The notes: generated by a model from the sequence alone, not told the origin. Numbered from the stretch's first letter, positions 35,408 to 48,900 are shown. The stretch is 64,000 nucleotides of DNA from Moniliella sp. 'wahieum' (GCA_003971905.1 RSEE01000024.1:310001-374000), one strand, 5' to 3'. Numbers and translations: made by a program.

Positions 35408-37378
35408 ATGGCTCCGCTCGTCGAGTACCAAGCACCTTGTGCGTCCTGCTCCCCTTGGCTGCGCTTGGCTGCTGACTCACTCGACTTTGTCCCTGCCCCC
35501 GCCCCGCTCGCTCCGCCAGGGCCACTCTACTCACTGGCCTGGTCCTCGTCGCCCGTCATCTCCTCCACCACGGACTTCTCTGAGGACCTGACAGGCCAGC
35601 ACGCACCTGCTTCTACCGATACTCCCTACTCGGGCGATCTCCGCCGCCGCGCCAGCCGCCGCGGACGCCCAAACCACCGTCCCATTCCCGAGGGCGGCCG
35701 CGTGGCCATCGGCAGTTTCTTTGAAGAGTTTGCCAACCGAGTGCAGATCGTTGGGCTCGAAGTGGGCCCTGATGGGTGCGCAGTCTCTCCCTCCTCACTC
35801 CCCTCTCGCTTCTGCTTGCTTCGTAGATCTAACCCTACCCTTGCTGACGATCTGCAGCCAAGCGGAAATGCCGTTGCTGGCCGATGCGTCCCACCCGTAC
35901 CCAGCTACCAAACTAGCGTTCCAGCCTTCGACGCTCTCCTCTGCGCCTACCTTTCCTAGCTTAGGCGGTGCCCGCGCCGGGACTGGATCCGAAGCTGCCG
36001 CAGCTGCCGTGGCAGCGGCCAACAACTATAGTCCCAATACCAAGCAATCCACTTCCCAGGCCGCTGCGAGCGTTGGCTTACCAGACTTTTACCCGGACCG
36101 GGAGTTGCTCGCCTCGTCAGCCGACTCGCTGCGGATTTGGGAGATCAGTCGGAACGAGCGGTGGGCGAGCACAGCAGCAGAGGCGGAGGAAGAAACGCGC
36201 CGCGCCTCGGGGCGTATCAACGCATCGTCACGCTCGCGCCGTGCCGTGGCGGACGAGGTGGGAGTAACTTGCGCTTCAATTTGGTGGAAAAAAGTGTGTT
36301 GGCACATTCCCATTCCCATTCGGCCCGTAGCCCACCAGCACCTATGACGTCGTTTAGCTGGAACGTACCTTCGCCCTCGCTCGTCGTTACCAGTTCCATC
36401 GATACCACATGCACGATTTGGGACTTACCTACGCGCACGGCACTTACCCTGCTCATCGCACACGATAGCGAAGTGCACGATGTGGATTGGTGTCCCGGGA
36501 GTGCGGATGTGTTTGCGACAGTGGGCGCGGACGGGAGCGTGCGCATATTTGACCAACAACATCTCGAAAATTCCACTATCATCTACGAAACCTCGGCGTC
36601 GGATAGCATGCTGTCCCGGCCGGCGACGCGGAACGACAGTGCCAGTGCCAGTGGAGGTGGAGCGTCGGGGCGTGCACCGCCGTTGTTCCGGATCGCATTC
36701 AACCCCTGGGACGCGAATTACCTCGCGACGTTCAACCTCGAGTCCAATACGGTGCAGGTACTGGACGTGCGTGCGCCCGGCGCGCCCATTCTTGAGCTGC
36801 GTGGCCACACGGCCAGTATCAATGCTGTTTCCTGGGGCCCGCAGGGCGGCTGGGCCGGCCCAGGCCTCGGTCCATCCAAAGGAATGGTATGCACAGGCGG
36901 GGACGACTGTCAGTGCCTTGTGTACGACTTGGCTAGTACGACGCTCCGCACGGCAAGTCAACAAGGTCGGCGTAGTCGTAACTCCCACTCCAATCCCAAC
37001 GCCATGACCCCGGGCCAGTCGCACAGCTCGATGAGCATGCACGGTGTGCCCAGCCCGGCGCCCACTAGCTTGTCCACCTACTCAGCTTCGTCCTACACGT
37101 CTCGTGTGCCGGTGGAGCAGCCCGTGCTCGCCTACACGTCCCATGAGATGGTCAACAATGTGGCCTGGCTACGTGCGCCGGTTGTCAATCCCGAGCCGGT
37201 GGCGAGGGCAGCCTCGCACCCCAGTAGCGACACGGTCGTGCAAGAGTGGGACGAATACACCAAGGGTGTTCTGCCGCCGGGCCAGAGCCCGGTACCCGGA
37301 AGTCACACGGCCAAGTGGAAGGAACCTGATTGGCTGGCACTGGTCAGCGGTAACTCGGTACGGGCACTGCGGGTGTAA
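35408..37378 (+). CDS. DCAF7: WD40 scaffold protein, DCAF7/WDR68/AN11(TTG1) family, copy 1 (intron 35776-35857; frameshift ~36262)
   Basis: Family motifs HPYPATKL, LLASSADSLRIW, APMTSFSWN, TSSIDTTCTIWD, LIAHD.EV.D, FATVGADGSVRIFD, STIIYE and ELRGHTASINA. Confidence 0.9.
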
Positions 37379-38989
37379 GCGCTCAGAACACTTGCCTTCC
37401 CTCCTGGCGGGGTCGCTGGGATTGGTGGTGGCTAGTGAGCGCAGGAACTGGATCTGGATCTGGAATGGGAGACCTCCTCGTCCGGCTGTATATATGCACT
37501 TGGTTACGGACACACGTACCGCGTCCGTCGACTGCCGCGCTGGGCATGCGGAAGGGCACGGCAAGCAGGTAGGAGCGCTGGTGTGTCACCTTCTCTTCCA
37601 CAGGCAGGGCGCGTCTCAACCGTAGAAGAGACCGAGGGGAGAGGGTGGGTCGTGGGGTGAGGCAAAGCCTGAGGGGTAGTTAACCTGCCTGTGCGCATAG
37701 CCATCTGGCCTATGGTTTGCCCCGCATCCCATCCAGTAACTTTCCACGAGCAAGTGCTATCGGATTTGATGATATTCTTAGTGCCGCAGGGGGCTTCGCC
37801 TGCTTCGTCTGCTTCAGTCGCTGAGTCACTCAGTGGCAGCAAGTCCAATGTAGTTTACGGTGGGAGAGGGGATTACTACGGAACAGCCCAACAAGGCAGT
37901 TAGGGGATGGAGTTAGTAGCGTTAGGCCTCAACATTCAATGTCCTCCACGGGCTCCCATTGGCATCAAGACAGCAAGCAAGATGTGTGTCGGCACAGGAA
38001 CGAAATACTGAACTACTGCAGTGAGACTCAATGGAGATGATGTAGTTCACCGCTCGGATGTCGACCACAATGAAGTCCATCCGTCTCCACACGCGGTACC
38101 TCGGGCCAGTTTTATGGGAACGGGTGGCGGGCACCACAAAGAGTCCTGATCTGGCATTTTTCCTGGTTCCCTAAACGGGTTGGGCGCCACAAAGAAACAT
38201 ATTGCACGCCGGATGAGCGGGTCGGTTTAGGCGCAGCACTTTCTCTTTGCCGGGTCTCGGCCGTAAGCTCAGTCAATGATATGGGTGCCGAATAGAGATC
38301 GAGGGACATGTACTGATTCTGCACAATATACTCTAAACGATCACATACATACCTCTCACAAACCGGTGCGGACTAAGTGGAACATGTAGAGAAAAACAGC
38401 AGACGGAGATGTCCAAAACAGATGCGTTTTTTTTTTCTTTAAATAGTACTGTAGTGAACACATAAACCGTAAAGGCCCTGACCTAGGAGACAGCTAGTCT
38501 CTAAAGCCCACAGAACAGAACTTCAAGTGACGAAATATCAACAAGTAACGTCGGAGGAGACCGAGAGGTAAGGGATTGGGAAGGAGATGAGGAAGAAGAG
38601 GTGGTGGCGAAGAGGGCAATACAAGCAGTGGGAAAGGGAGTGTACACATGGCCTGCTGATAATGGCACTTGAAGCGTGCAGCAACTCAAGCCAGGGTCTG
38701 GCTTCCACAAAACTGTACCAATCAGGCCAGACGGCCACGCGTCACGGTGACATGGGAACAGGACGCCCAAGAGAGTATAAGAAGGAAAACAAAGCATGAA
38801 GATGAATGGCCCCGAGCAGAACGGATCGAGTCAGGAAAAGATGTAATACAAAATGATGAGAGATGAGGTATGTCAGATGCAGGAAAAAGTGCGGTGTGGC
38901 AAGATGGTGGTGTCGGAGGTGTTGAGTGGGTGTGGTGCATTGAGCAGTATGCTTGCAGAGTGGCATAGTTTGCAAACCAGGCAGCTTCA

Positions 38990-40488
38990 CTATGCTTCAG
39001 CTTTCTGCTGGTCGTCGAGGACACGCACAACAGCCCGACGCAGCCGGGGGCACTTCTTCAAGGCCTGGATAAACAGCTGGACAGCACGAGCTAGCAGGGG
39101 ATTCGTTTCGTCCACATCTGCATTCCGTGGAGCTGGCGCACCGGCTTCCTCCGCATCGATCCGGCTCAGGGCAAGGCGAGCAATGGCATTGTGGCCCGAG
39201 CCTTTGCAGGCAAGGTGGTACGCCAGGCCCTTGGTATCCTCAAACGTGCGGTTGCACGGGAACGAGTGGACTTGGGCACCCATGTACTGCGTATACTCGC
39301 TGTCCCCCCCTCCGACCTGGAGGGTGAGAGCGAGATCGAGTGGACTGCGCACTTGGCCCAGCGCTTCGGCCATGCAGGCCATTGGCTTGGGTGCCGCTCG
39401 AAGCAAGCCCGCCTGCATGAACGTGGCTGCTTCGGCGCGTGTCATGCCCTTGGAACAAGGGCCGGTGGCGTAACGCACCCCCCATCAGGGTCCTTTTGAA
39501 GCGCTCCGTGGCACAGATGCTTGACGCCCCTGCCAGTCACTTGGATGTGGTATTCAATCGCTTGCACTTTGTTGTACCCCGCCAGACAGTGGGGCAGGGA
39601 GCACATGTACAGCGAATTTCGCACGGCCGCCACTACCCCCGTGGCGTGCTTCACACCCACAAGTGCAGCATGACACCGTTGCACATGCTCTTGCAGTTCT
39701 TTGCCCGTGGCATATGTGGCCAAGATCCCCGTCCGCTCCTCCTTGTGCTCAGGTTCCAAAAGCGCCTGTTGATCGGACGGGAGGCGAGAGCAACGCTCCA
39801 GGATGGAAATTTCAGACGCGTCCGGCGTAAAGATCCGCATCCACTGCAACTTGCACCACGGTACGCCACAGCCGTACGGACGCACTAATGGGTCAGCCGG
39901 GCGTGCGACCACGTCGCATCGGATACTCCGGTTCCGGGTCCTGGGGGGCCTAGCTGGCGCCGTAGCCGTAGCCTCCACCTGGATGCTCCCTCCCGGCTCG
40001 CCCTGCTCGTCTCGCACCGGTCGCGAGCGCTGAGAAGGACGATATTGAATGTCTGGGGGCATGTCCATGCGGTCGCGGGAGGTAATGCGAGTGGGGGGAT
40101 GGGTAGGGGAAGAATCTGGCCCTGAAGCCATGACAGTGTCAACGGAGGTGAAACTGGAACGGGCACGAGAAGCGTCACCGTCGCCGGTGGGATCGTGAGA
40201 GGAAAAGCCAGACACGATAGGCGAAATATCAGTTGACGTGGGGTTGGACGGTGGCGTGGGAGGGATAAACACTACGGGGATGGGGGAAACGATGTGGTGT
40301 AGATCGGCATACGCATTCGATGATAGCCCCGTCGACATGCCACAAAGCGTCAGCGCGCCTCGCAACACATCATCATCACATTCGTAGCGGTTCGCTCCTG
40401 TGTTGCGAGATGGGATAAGCGACTTTCCTCGGAGAAGAGACGGACGGCGACGGAGATAGGGAGACGCACCAATGAGATAATGCGGCAT
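38990..40488 (-). CDS. Atypical C2H2 zinc-finger protein, copy 1 (1-bp deletion in a G run at ~39480)
   Basis: ORFs 39442..40488 and 38990..39478 join into a near-identical copy of the 499-aa ORF at 50759. Confidence 0.75.
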
Positions 40489-41799
40489 CGTCTATGCAGG
40501 CGTCGAAGAGAGTGAAGGGGGTGAAGGTGGTGGTGTGCGGTCTAGAAGGGATGCGACAGGCCGCTCATCCCCTTACAGCGGGGCGAGGAGGGGGCGGGCG
40601 TGGTAAGGGTGGCGGGCGTGTTGGGGGACGCAGCTGGGGTGAGGGCAGCATCTCTCCGCTTCTCTCCGTCTCCGACTTGAACATAATCATATTGAGTAAA
40701 CGGTCACTATTGCAAGGGTAAGCGTCACACCACACTCCCTCCGCAAGTGTAGGCACCGCGGAATCGCCTGGTGCGCCACTCTGCGCGTCCGTTGCTAGTC
40801 ATCAGCATCGGCGATACCGATGGAGTGCGCGGCAGAGGGGGGGCAGGGGATCGGTGCGCTGTTTTTTCGAGTGGGGCTGTCTCTGGAGGAGGAGGAGGTC
40901 GAGGAAGTTGCCCGTAAGACAGCTTGCTTCTCCCACTGCCTGCATCTCTTCGCTTGTGTGCCTCCCCCTCTTCCTTCCTCCCCCTCTTCCCTCCTTCCCG
41001 CCTTCCCCCGACGCCCGCGCTGCTGTGCGCTGCCCCCATTGCGAACGCGGCGGGGTGTGGGGGCGCAGGGTCTGGACAAGGGACTACCTGCGGGGCGTTT
41101 GCTCCGTCACACATCTCCCTGGTTCGATGCATCCGTAGGGACTGGGGACTGCCTGGACTATAGGGAGACGACTTGCAGCAATAATTGGTTTTGGTTACAC
41201 TGTTGGGCACGAGCCACATTGATTGGTTAAATTACACTGAGCACAGAAGAGCCGCTTTTGATAAAAAATTACACTACTGAGCAAGAGCCACCGCTTTTTT
41301 TCCCAGTACACTCTGCAAGCGCCACGCAGTCTCCAACTCCGTAATGTTCAACTTGAAGGCAAAGAGCTTGGAGACGGGGGATCTGAACTCCGCCGACAGA
41401 GCCTGCCATCAAAACCCGCGGGTAATGCATGGCTGGGTGGCCATCGCGCCAGTGTGAACGGGGATGGTGCTGCTACAGCCGAGGGGCGTGAGGTGGCGAT
41501 GATCGATGATTATCGAAAAGACGATACACCGGTTCAAACCATCTCTACCGCATATATTTTTTCCTGTTGGGTCCCTTTTGACTACACAGTTTCTGTGTGG
41601 GTAAAGACGCATAGTATGAACAGCAAGCGTGTGCGCTCTCTGCCGCGTAGTGCTTGATACTTCTCTTAGGTCTTCGACCTCTATATGCGGCCGTTAGTAG
41701 TAATAGGTGGACTCTGCTGCCGTCCAGTGCCTATCCCCAACCAACTATTCAAGTGATCACAGTCGGTGCTCACAGGGCCCACATCGGAGTGTAACGTAG

Positions 41800-41975
41800 T
41801 TCTAAGCCACTGGTTACTGTGGCGCCGGTAGCCCAGGCCTGGAACCTTCAGGTTCATTGCTTCCACAATATTCCTTCCTGGAGGCTGAAGTATTCTCTAG
41901 CCGCTGTATTTCATGTGCAAAATGCAATATACGCCATCATGCATTAACTGCAATGTCTGCTCTCTGGTCTTCTAT
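41800..41975 (-). repeat. Dispersed repeat family R1, copy 4
   Basis: Contains EAMNLKVPGLGYRR (copy 1 has HAMNQKVPNLGYR) and the same 5' end TAGAAGACCAGAGAGCAG. Confidence 0.75.
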
Positions 41976-42747
41976 TAAGTACGAAAGGCTACCACTCCTC
42001 GACTGATGCGGATTGAAAGAAAAAACAACGGGGAAAGGTAGAGTAGTACCGGGCCGGAAGATGACGTATCTTCATCCAAACACTAATACTAATACCTGAT
42101 CGCGCCAGCCATATTGGAGAACAGCTGGGTGCTTTTTTAGAACTATGGAGCCGAAGTGCGGATTTCCAGGACTGGGTCGGGCAAGAGAGAACTCGAGAGG
42201 AAATTGAATGTCGAGGACCGTCATGAAGCCCTAAGGGGGCTGACGGATGAGGCTTGACGTAGTCTGCGGGCTCGTGCACCGTCAGGACGTGTGCATTCAC
42301 ACGGGGTAACAATGATGATAGCGATAACTGTGGGTATATCGTGTCTCCCCTCTATGCCAGACCTCCCTACCATCACTCTCAATTTACTTGGCAGAGAAGT
42401 GTGTTCTCGCCACGCGAGAGTCGAGGAGACCTGGCATGGCAGTCTGAGATCCGACACATGGGAGTGAAAGTTGAAATGTGATGGGTGACGCGTGACGTGT
42501 GAGAAAGGCGGAGGGCGGAATGCGGCCTGAAACTTGAATCTGAAATTGCTGAAACGTGCAGTTTATGTTTACGATGCGGGCCTTTCACTTGGCTTCAATT
42601 TTTTTTTGGCTGCCCGACCGCCTCCACTCCACCTCCACCTCACCTCCATCTCCAACTCCATCTCCATCTCCATCTCCACTCCGTTTCCCTCTAGATCTCC
42701 ACCCACGCCGCCCCCACACAGTCGGCCCTGCTCTTCAACACCCGGCC

Positions 42748-45613
42748 ATGCCGCCACCGCTGCCAACGACAGCATCGCCACCGGCACCTGCGGGAACCAC
42801 GCCGCCGCCTACGGATCCAACTGCTGCCGCCCTGGCCGTTGCTCTTGCCGCAGCAAGGGCTGCTGCGCCCGCTGCGCCCACCGCCCCTCCCCCCTCCGCC
42901 ATTCCCGCTGCTCCCGCCGTACCTCCGTCCACCGGCCCACACGCCCCACCTCCTTCCCTCCCGACGGCCACCAACCGCAACCACCCAGCCTTTGTCAACA
43001 AGCTGCGCAGCATGGTTGACGACCCTTCGACCAACGATCTGATCCGCTGGAGTCCATCGGGCAAGTCCATCTTCATTTGCCACCCCGCCCGCTTTTCGGA
43101 ACAGCTGCTGCCCCGCTACTTTCTCCACCGCAAGCTCAGCAGCTTTGAGCGGCAGTTAAATATGTATGGCTTCCACAAGGTGCCGCACTTGCAGGCCGGT
43201 GCGCTGGCCCCGTCGTGGGGGGGCGCCAGCACGACCCAGCCATTGCCTTCCTCGGCTGGGTCTGCGGGGCCGATTCCCAGCACGCGCACCTCGGCTGAAC
43301 AACAGCAGGACGACCAAGCGATCAATGAGTTCCACGCGTCTGCCGCGCCCGGAGCAGAGGACTTGGAGCTGCGCGAGTTTATGCACGAGTATTTCCAACG
43401 CGACCATCCCGAATGGCTCAACCTGGTTGTGCGCAAGAAGTCCACTCCGCACGCCAATGCAGGGATGAAGAAGCGCTCCAAGGATGCAGTCTACGACGAA
43501 GAACTGTTGGCCCCGACGATTGAGGAGCCGCGAGACCGAACCCCGCCCCCCCATGGCCCGCTTCCGTGGCAACCAATGGGACTGATTGGCGCGCCCCCGC
43601 CGCCCGGGATGCCCAACGCCGTCTCGCCGTACTATGGGCGTCCTCCATCGGACGTGCCTCTTGCGCTGGTCGAAGCCATTCTGGTTGCCAACGGACTGCA
43701 CAGCACCCCCGCCGCCATCGCTGCCGTCGCAGCTACCTTGACGGGGAACAACCCGCATATGGCAGCGTTGAATTCGGGTGCATCTTCTTCTTCCATGCCC
43801 GTCCCTCCGCCCACGACAGCGAGTGGAAGTGGCAGTGGGAGCGGGAATGCGAGTGCGGGTGTTAGCTCTGGGGTGCCACCGGCGCCCGCACCCGAGCTGC
43901 GGAACAACTCTTCGGCCAAGCCACGTGGGTCACCCAACAAAGCGCCGGCAGGGAGCTCGAGCGGGTACACTCCGCCGGGTGGGATGCCGACGTTCCCCTT
44001 TCCCCCGATGGGGGCGGCCAACGCCTACCCCCCCGGTTCGCCCTGGAACATGAATGTGAACCTGGGTGCGGTGTTGCAAACGCTACAGACGACGCAGAGC
44101 GACTTGGTGCGGGAGATTGCGCATCTGCGCACGGCGCAGCACCGACTGTGGCAGGACAGTCAAGAAGAAAAGAAACGGTATCGGAAACACCAGGATGTGC
44201 TACAACGTATTCTTCGGTTCCTCGGGGGCGTATTTGGCGCGACGCCGGCGCTTCCGCCACCGGAAAGTGCGTTGGATCTCGATTCGCCCCCCGAGGCAGC
44301 AGGAAGACAGCCCGCATGCGCCCAAACGGCCGCGCACGTCCTCCTTCCGTACCGACCCTGTCGACCGCGTACCGTCGCCCCAAGGCGCCAACATCGAAGA
44401 ACTGCTCGACTCGGTTCCCGATCTCAGCCCGGCGCCCACATCCACGCCCCCGCCTACCTACACGTACCCGTCCACGTCCACGTCCACCTCCATGCCCCCC
44501 CATCCCGAGCCAGGCCCGTTCGACCCCACCCCGACGGGAAGCGGTACGGTGTTCCCCCCCGCTCGGCGGGGACTGATGATTGAAGGACCCAGCGGATGGA
44601 AAGGGGACCCGTCCTCAGGATCAGCATCGGGATCGGGACTGGCCGTGTCGCCCGCCGAGCTCCCCCCTGGTCCGCGGTTTACGCGACTGCGTTCGCCCCC
44701 TCCCCCGGCGAGCTCGGATGCGGGTGCGGGTGCGGGTGCAGGGTCAGGTTCAGGGCGAGAGGAACGACCGAACCTCTCCCGGTCCCAATCCTCCAGCAAT
44801 CAGGTGCTCAAGGCCACGCCGCCTCGTCGAGGGGCCAAGGCTGCGTCAGTGAGTAAGGACCAGGTAGCGTCGTGGATCCATCAATTGATGAACCAACCTG
44901 CTTCGCCAGCTGGAAGTCCTGGACTCGGACCTTCCTCCCCGCCGTCCGCGTCGGCCCATTGGGACGATGCCTTGAACTCGACCGACGCCCAGGTGCAAGC
45001 GCTGCAACTCTCCATTGCCGCGCTGGCTCAAAGCCTTCACCATGGTCCTGGTACCGGTACTGGCACTGGTATTGGTCCGGGACCAGGCGAGGCGTCGCAT
45101 GTGGATCCGACGCTGGCTCCCTCCTCGACAGCTACACCTTTTGTCCCCTTGGCCCCTTCGGGCTCCTCGGCGCCTACGGCTGCCCCCGACGCAGCGTCCG
45201 GGACCGGAACTGGGACAGAGGTATCGCCTTCGGACCCCACAGCGGAGGAAATGTTGTTCCACCAGTTCCTCCAACCGGATCGGGAGGCCGAAGTGACCAC
45301 GCCCCTTCCTGCGCGTGACTCGGCACGTTTCTCGCCCTCGCCTTCGTCCTCGTCCTCGCTTTCGGCTTCGGCTTTGCCTTCGCCTTCGTCCGTGCCCTCG
45401 GCCTTACCCTCGGCCTTGCCTGATTCGACCGACGGGAAATCCATCGTTCGGGAGATGACGCCGGCTATGCGGGTGCCTACGCCGCCTCCTGCGGCGGTCG
45501 AGGCGGGAGCAGAAGCAGAAGAAGGGAAAAGAGAAGGGGATGTGTTCTCCTTGTCGCCCTTTGAGCCGGACACTACGACTATGCATGTCCCCAGTCCTCG
45601 GCCTACGGCGTAA
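42748..45613 (+). CDS. HSF1: Heat shock transcription factor (frameshift ~44300)
   Basis: HSF DNA-binding domain PAFVNKLRSMVDD...LIRWS...LLPRYFLHRKLSSFERQLNMYGFHKV...EFMHEYFQRD, then a heptad region. No receiver domain is visible, which argues against Skn7/Prr1. Confidence 0.88.
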
Positions 45614-45951
45614 CCACTTCACCTCCACCTCCACCTACACCTACAACAGCCAATGTCCGACCCGACGTGGGAGAGTAGAATAGAATGTATCATCTGTACA
45701 GTAGTACTACCTACCTATGTTGCTACCTACCTACCTATGTGTCTACGTTTCTACGTTTCTACCGAAGTTTTAGTTCCCTCTTGGATCCTGGTGAGCGCGT
45801 CTTCATAACAATCAAGCAAGAACGCAGTCACAAGGCGAAACAACGTAGCCACGTAACGCGTAACCACGTAACCACATAGCCTCGTAAGTTCGGTGCGCAG
45901 ACCAACGAGAGGTAGGTACCGATTAAGAGATTAGGTAGTAATTGGCCAAAA

Positions 45952-48900
45952 CTAGAGCAGATCCTCGTCGTCGTCCTCGGCTCCGATGGCCTCTTGGTTT
46001 TGCGTCGGTGCGGACGCGGCAGGCACCGAGGCGGAGGCCTTGACGAAACCAGGGATGGTGCGTGCCTCGACCTGCTGCATGGCGTCCGCCTCCTCCGGTC
46101 CGGCAGGAACGTGAGCTTGAGCTTGGGCTTGTGCTTGCGCTTGCGCCTGGGAAACTGCCGAAGCGGCAATGTTGGCCACATTGGTATTGAACTGGGCTTG
46201 GACCGACCGTTTGATGCGCAACATTTCCCTAAACGTTTCTTCCGAGCCTGCGTCCACTTCAAATGTGTTCCATTGGGCCCAGTAGTCGGTGCCTGCATCG
46301 TGGCGTGGATCAACAAATTGTGCTCCATACGCGTAGATGGCACGTGCGCGATCGACCTCGCCCAACTTGCGCTCCAGCGCGGCAAACCGTAATGACATCT
46401 CGGCCGCTTGCTTGTCGGGCAACTGCGTGATGGCCGTCTCGTAGATCGGCCGTGTGGCAGGCAAGCCAGCGACCGAGGCAGTCTTGGCAATGTAGTACAC
46501 ATACATCTGCCCCATCCCATCGGGTCAGTTTCCACTTCAAACGAAAGAGGGGGTGGAAGGGAAGAACGAAGAGCGAGGTGCAAAGAACGAAGGGGAAGGC
46601 AAGTTGTACGTACATCAAACTTATCCTTGGGTTCGACGATCTGTGTGCCGCGCTGGTAGACCCCGAGGGCCCTTCGGGCCAGGCCATGTTCTTCCTCCAG
46701 CTTGCCATAGAGGAGGAGGATGGGTTTGGCAAACTTGGCAGGCACGCCATCCAACGCCTGTTCGAACAAGTCCCGCGCACGTTCCATTTTAGTCCCGCCG
46801 TATCGCTTGACAAACTTGCCGAGCAAAATGTTCCACAGCTCAAACGCAGCGGGGTAGCCCAGGGCATCAATCCCGCGCTGGTACACTTTGAGGCTATCTT
46901 CAAAGTAGCCTTCGTTTTCGAGGAACAGAGCATAGTTGGTAAAGATCTGCGGCGTGGCCAGTTTAAGGGAGAGGATGGTCTCGTACGCATTCTTGGTGCC
47001 TTGCATCCCGCCCACGGCCTCGCTCAGGTCGAGATAAAAGCTCCAGAGCTTGAGACTGCGCCACAGACGTTCTTGCGGCGGACGCGTCGCGTCGTGGTAC
47101 CGGATCTGCGCACGGAGGGACTTGCGTGGAGCAGTGACAGCAGAAGCAAGTAGCGACAGCGCCGTGGTCCACTGCGAATGACGTACCTCCATCTCGGCGT
47201 AGCGGCACCACACCTCGGCTAGCTCCTCAATGTTGCGGAAGGGCACGGCGGTGGCGCGACGGTACACTGCCCGTGCACTTTCGAGGTCGGGCGCCGCCTT
47301 ACCCTCCAGCCCGCCTTCCTCGTAAAACTTGGCAAACGCAGAGAACAGTCGACTGAGGTCCGCAGTAGCCCGGGCCGCCGAAACAGTGTCCACAGCACGG
47401 GCGTAGGTTTGCGTCACTCTAGCATTGGCAGCATCGTGAGCGCGTATCTTTTCTTCGGGAGACGCGTCCTCCGGATCGGCTGTGGCCGTGATCAAAGCAA
47501 TTCGCTTTTCCCATTCGGCCACATCGTGCGGATTGCGACGGAGAAGCGTCTCGTTTACAAGCCAAGGTCGACGGGACATGAGTGCCTCAAAGCGTTGCAG
47601 ACCATCGTCCACCTCTTTCTCCTTGGCTGCCACCTCGTCGCTTGGTGCATTGGACGCCTCCAATTCCCCCAACTCTTCCATGAGGAAATTCAAGGTGCTT
47701 TCCAACGTCTCGGCATACGCGTCAAATGTCAGAGTAAAATCGCGCATCGTAAATGCAGACCGAATGCCATGCTCAAACACGCGGATTGCAGCACCAAACT
47801 CGCTCCGGGTCAGATAATAGGTTGCGAGTCCCGTCCACAGGCGGCCCGCTTGATCCACAAACCGAGGTACACCCTCCGCCAAGATCAAGAGGCCGATCGG
47901 TTGGCGTGATGGGTTGTTCGGGTCGGCATCGCTGGCCCAAAGGTCCGAGGCTTTCTTTTCTGCCTCCGACAGCTTTTCTTGTCCTGCACTTTGGGCGTTG
48001 GGTGTTCTTGCCCAAACCGAGTCGGGATGGGAGGCAAGTTGTTGTCATCCCCCGTCTCAGCCTGGTGAACCGGCAACGGAGAAGCATCGACAAGGTCAAT
48101 TCCCAATTGAGGGAGATGGCGCAGCACTCGCTGCTCTTCCTCCTCTTGCAGGTCCATTCCAACTGCATCGGCATGTTTTGTAGCCAGCTCCATCCAGTCG
48201 AGGAAAAGCTGATGGGGAGACTTGCCATTGGGAGACACATATTCGCCCAACGCAGCGCGACGGGCAAGCCCCAAAAGCCGCTTGGCAGCTTCCAGGACAA
48301 ACATGCGGCTTTGGTGACGGGCCGCAGCGTGGGCCATCTCATCCTTCTCTTCGTCCTCCTCTTCGCTTTCATCGTCCTCTTCGGGCGCCTCTGCTGCCGC
48401 TTCAAGCAAGAGAGAGACATAGTGTTCTGTCAAGGTGCTGTCTACCGCAACAAAGCGGCGCCAAACACGAATGCCTGTCTCGCGGCCTAGGGGTGCGCCC
48501 GCACCGGCCCCCACGCTGCGCACCCGTTCCGTGGCCCAGGGGAGGTAGAGACGCCAAATCCGCGGCTGCATCGTCGGGGGCAGGGTGCGGAGGGCGCGAT
48601 CAAAGGTGCGCCGGGCAAAAGTATGGGACAACAGCGGCGGGCAATTGGGATGGAGGAAGAGACTGAGGTACATGATCCACAGTCGCGGCATATTGGGGAG
48701 AGAGGTCAAGGACCGTTCAAACGCAGCGGCCAACGAGATCCATTCCTCCACCCCGAGCACCCCGTCCAGAGCAGAGTCCAGGTCCCAATAGTCAGGTCCA
48801 AAATCATCGTCGCCGCTGTGCGTCGCCTCGGGATCGGCCAAAGCGTGTGCGCGCAACTCGTCAGTGGGGCCGCGGTTGCGCGAAGCAGTGATGGTGCGGC

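Larger units (their letters stand above)
35179..41765 (+). repeat. Left arm of ~6.5-kb inverted duplication
   Basis: Reverse-complement homology to 49638-56198 through both genes and the non-coding DNA. A left-only ~110-bp insertion lies at ~41549-41660. Confidence 0.93.

Noticed and set aside
36230..36270. -1 frameshift in the same region of both WD40 copies (possible programmed frameshift)
   Set aside because: Alignment puts the missing base at different sites: left GTG GG[G] AGT, right AAT CC[C] TCG at ~55077. Both are short homopolymers with no slippery heptamer, so independent sequencing errors fit better.
40725..41219. 164-aa and 158-aa ORFs shared by both arms upstream of the ZnF gene (also 50048-50524)
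   Set aside because: The middles of the two translations are in different frames because of indels and show no domain. The similarity reflects DNA duplication, not protein conservation.
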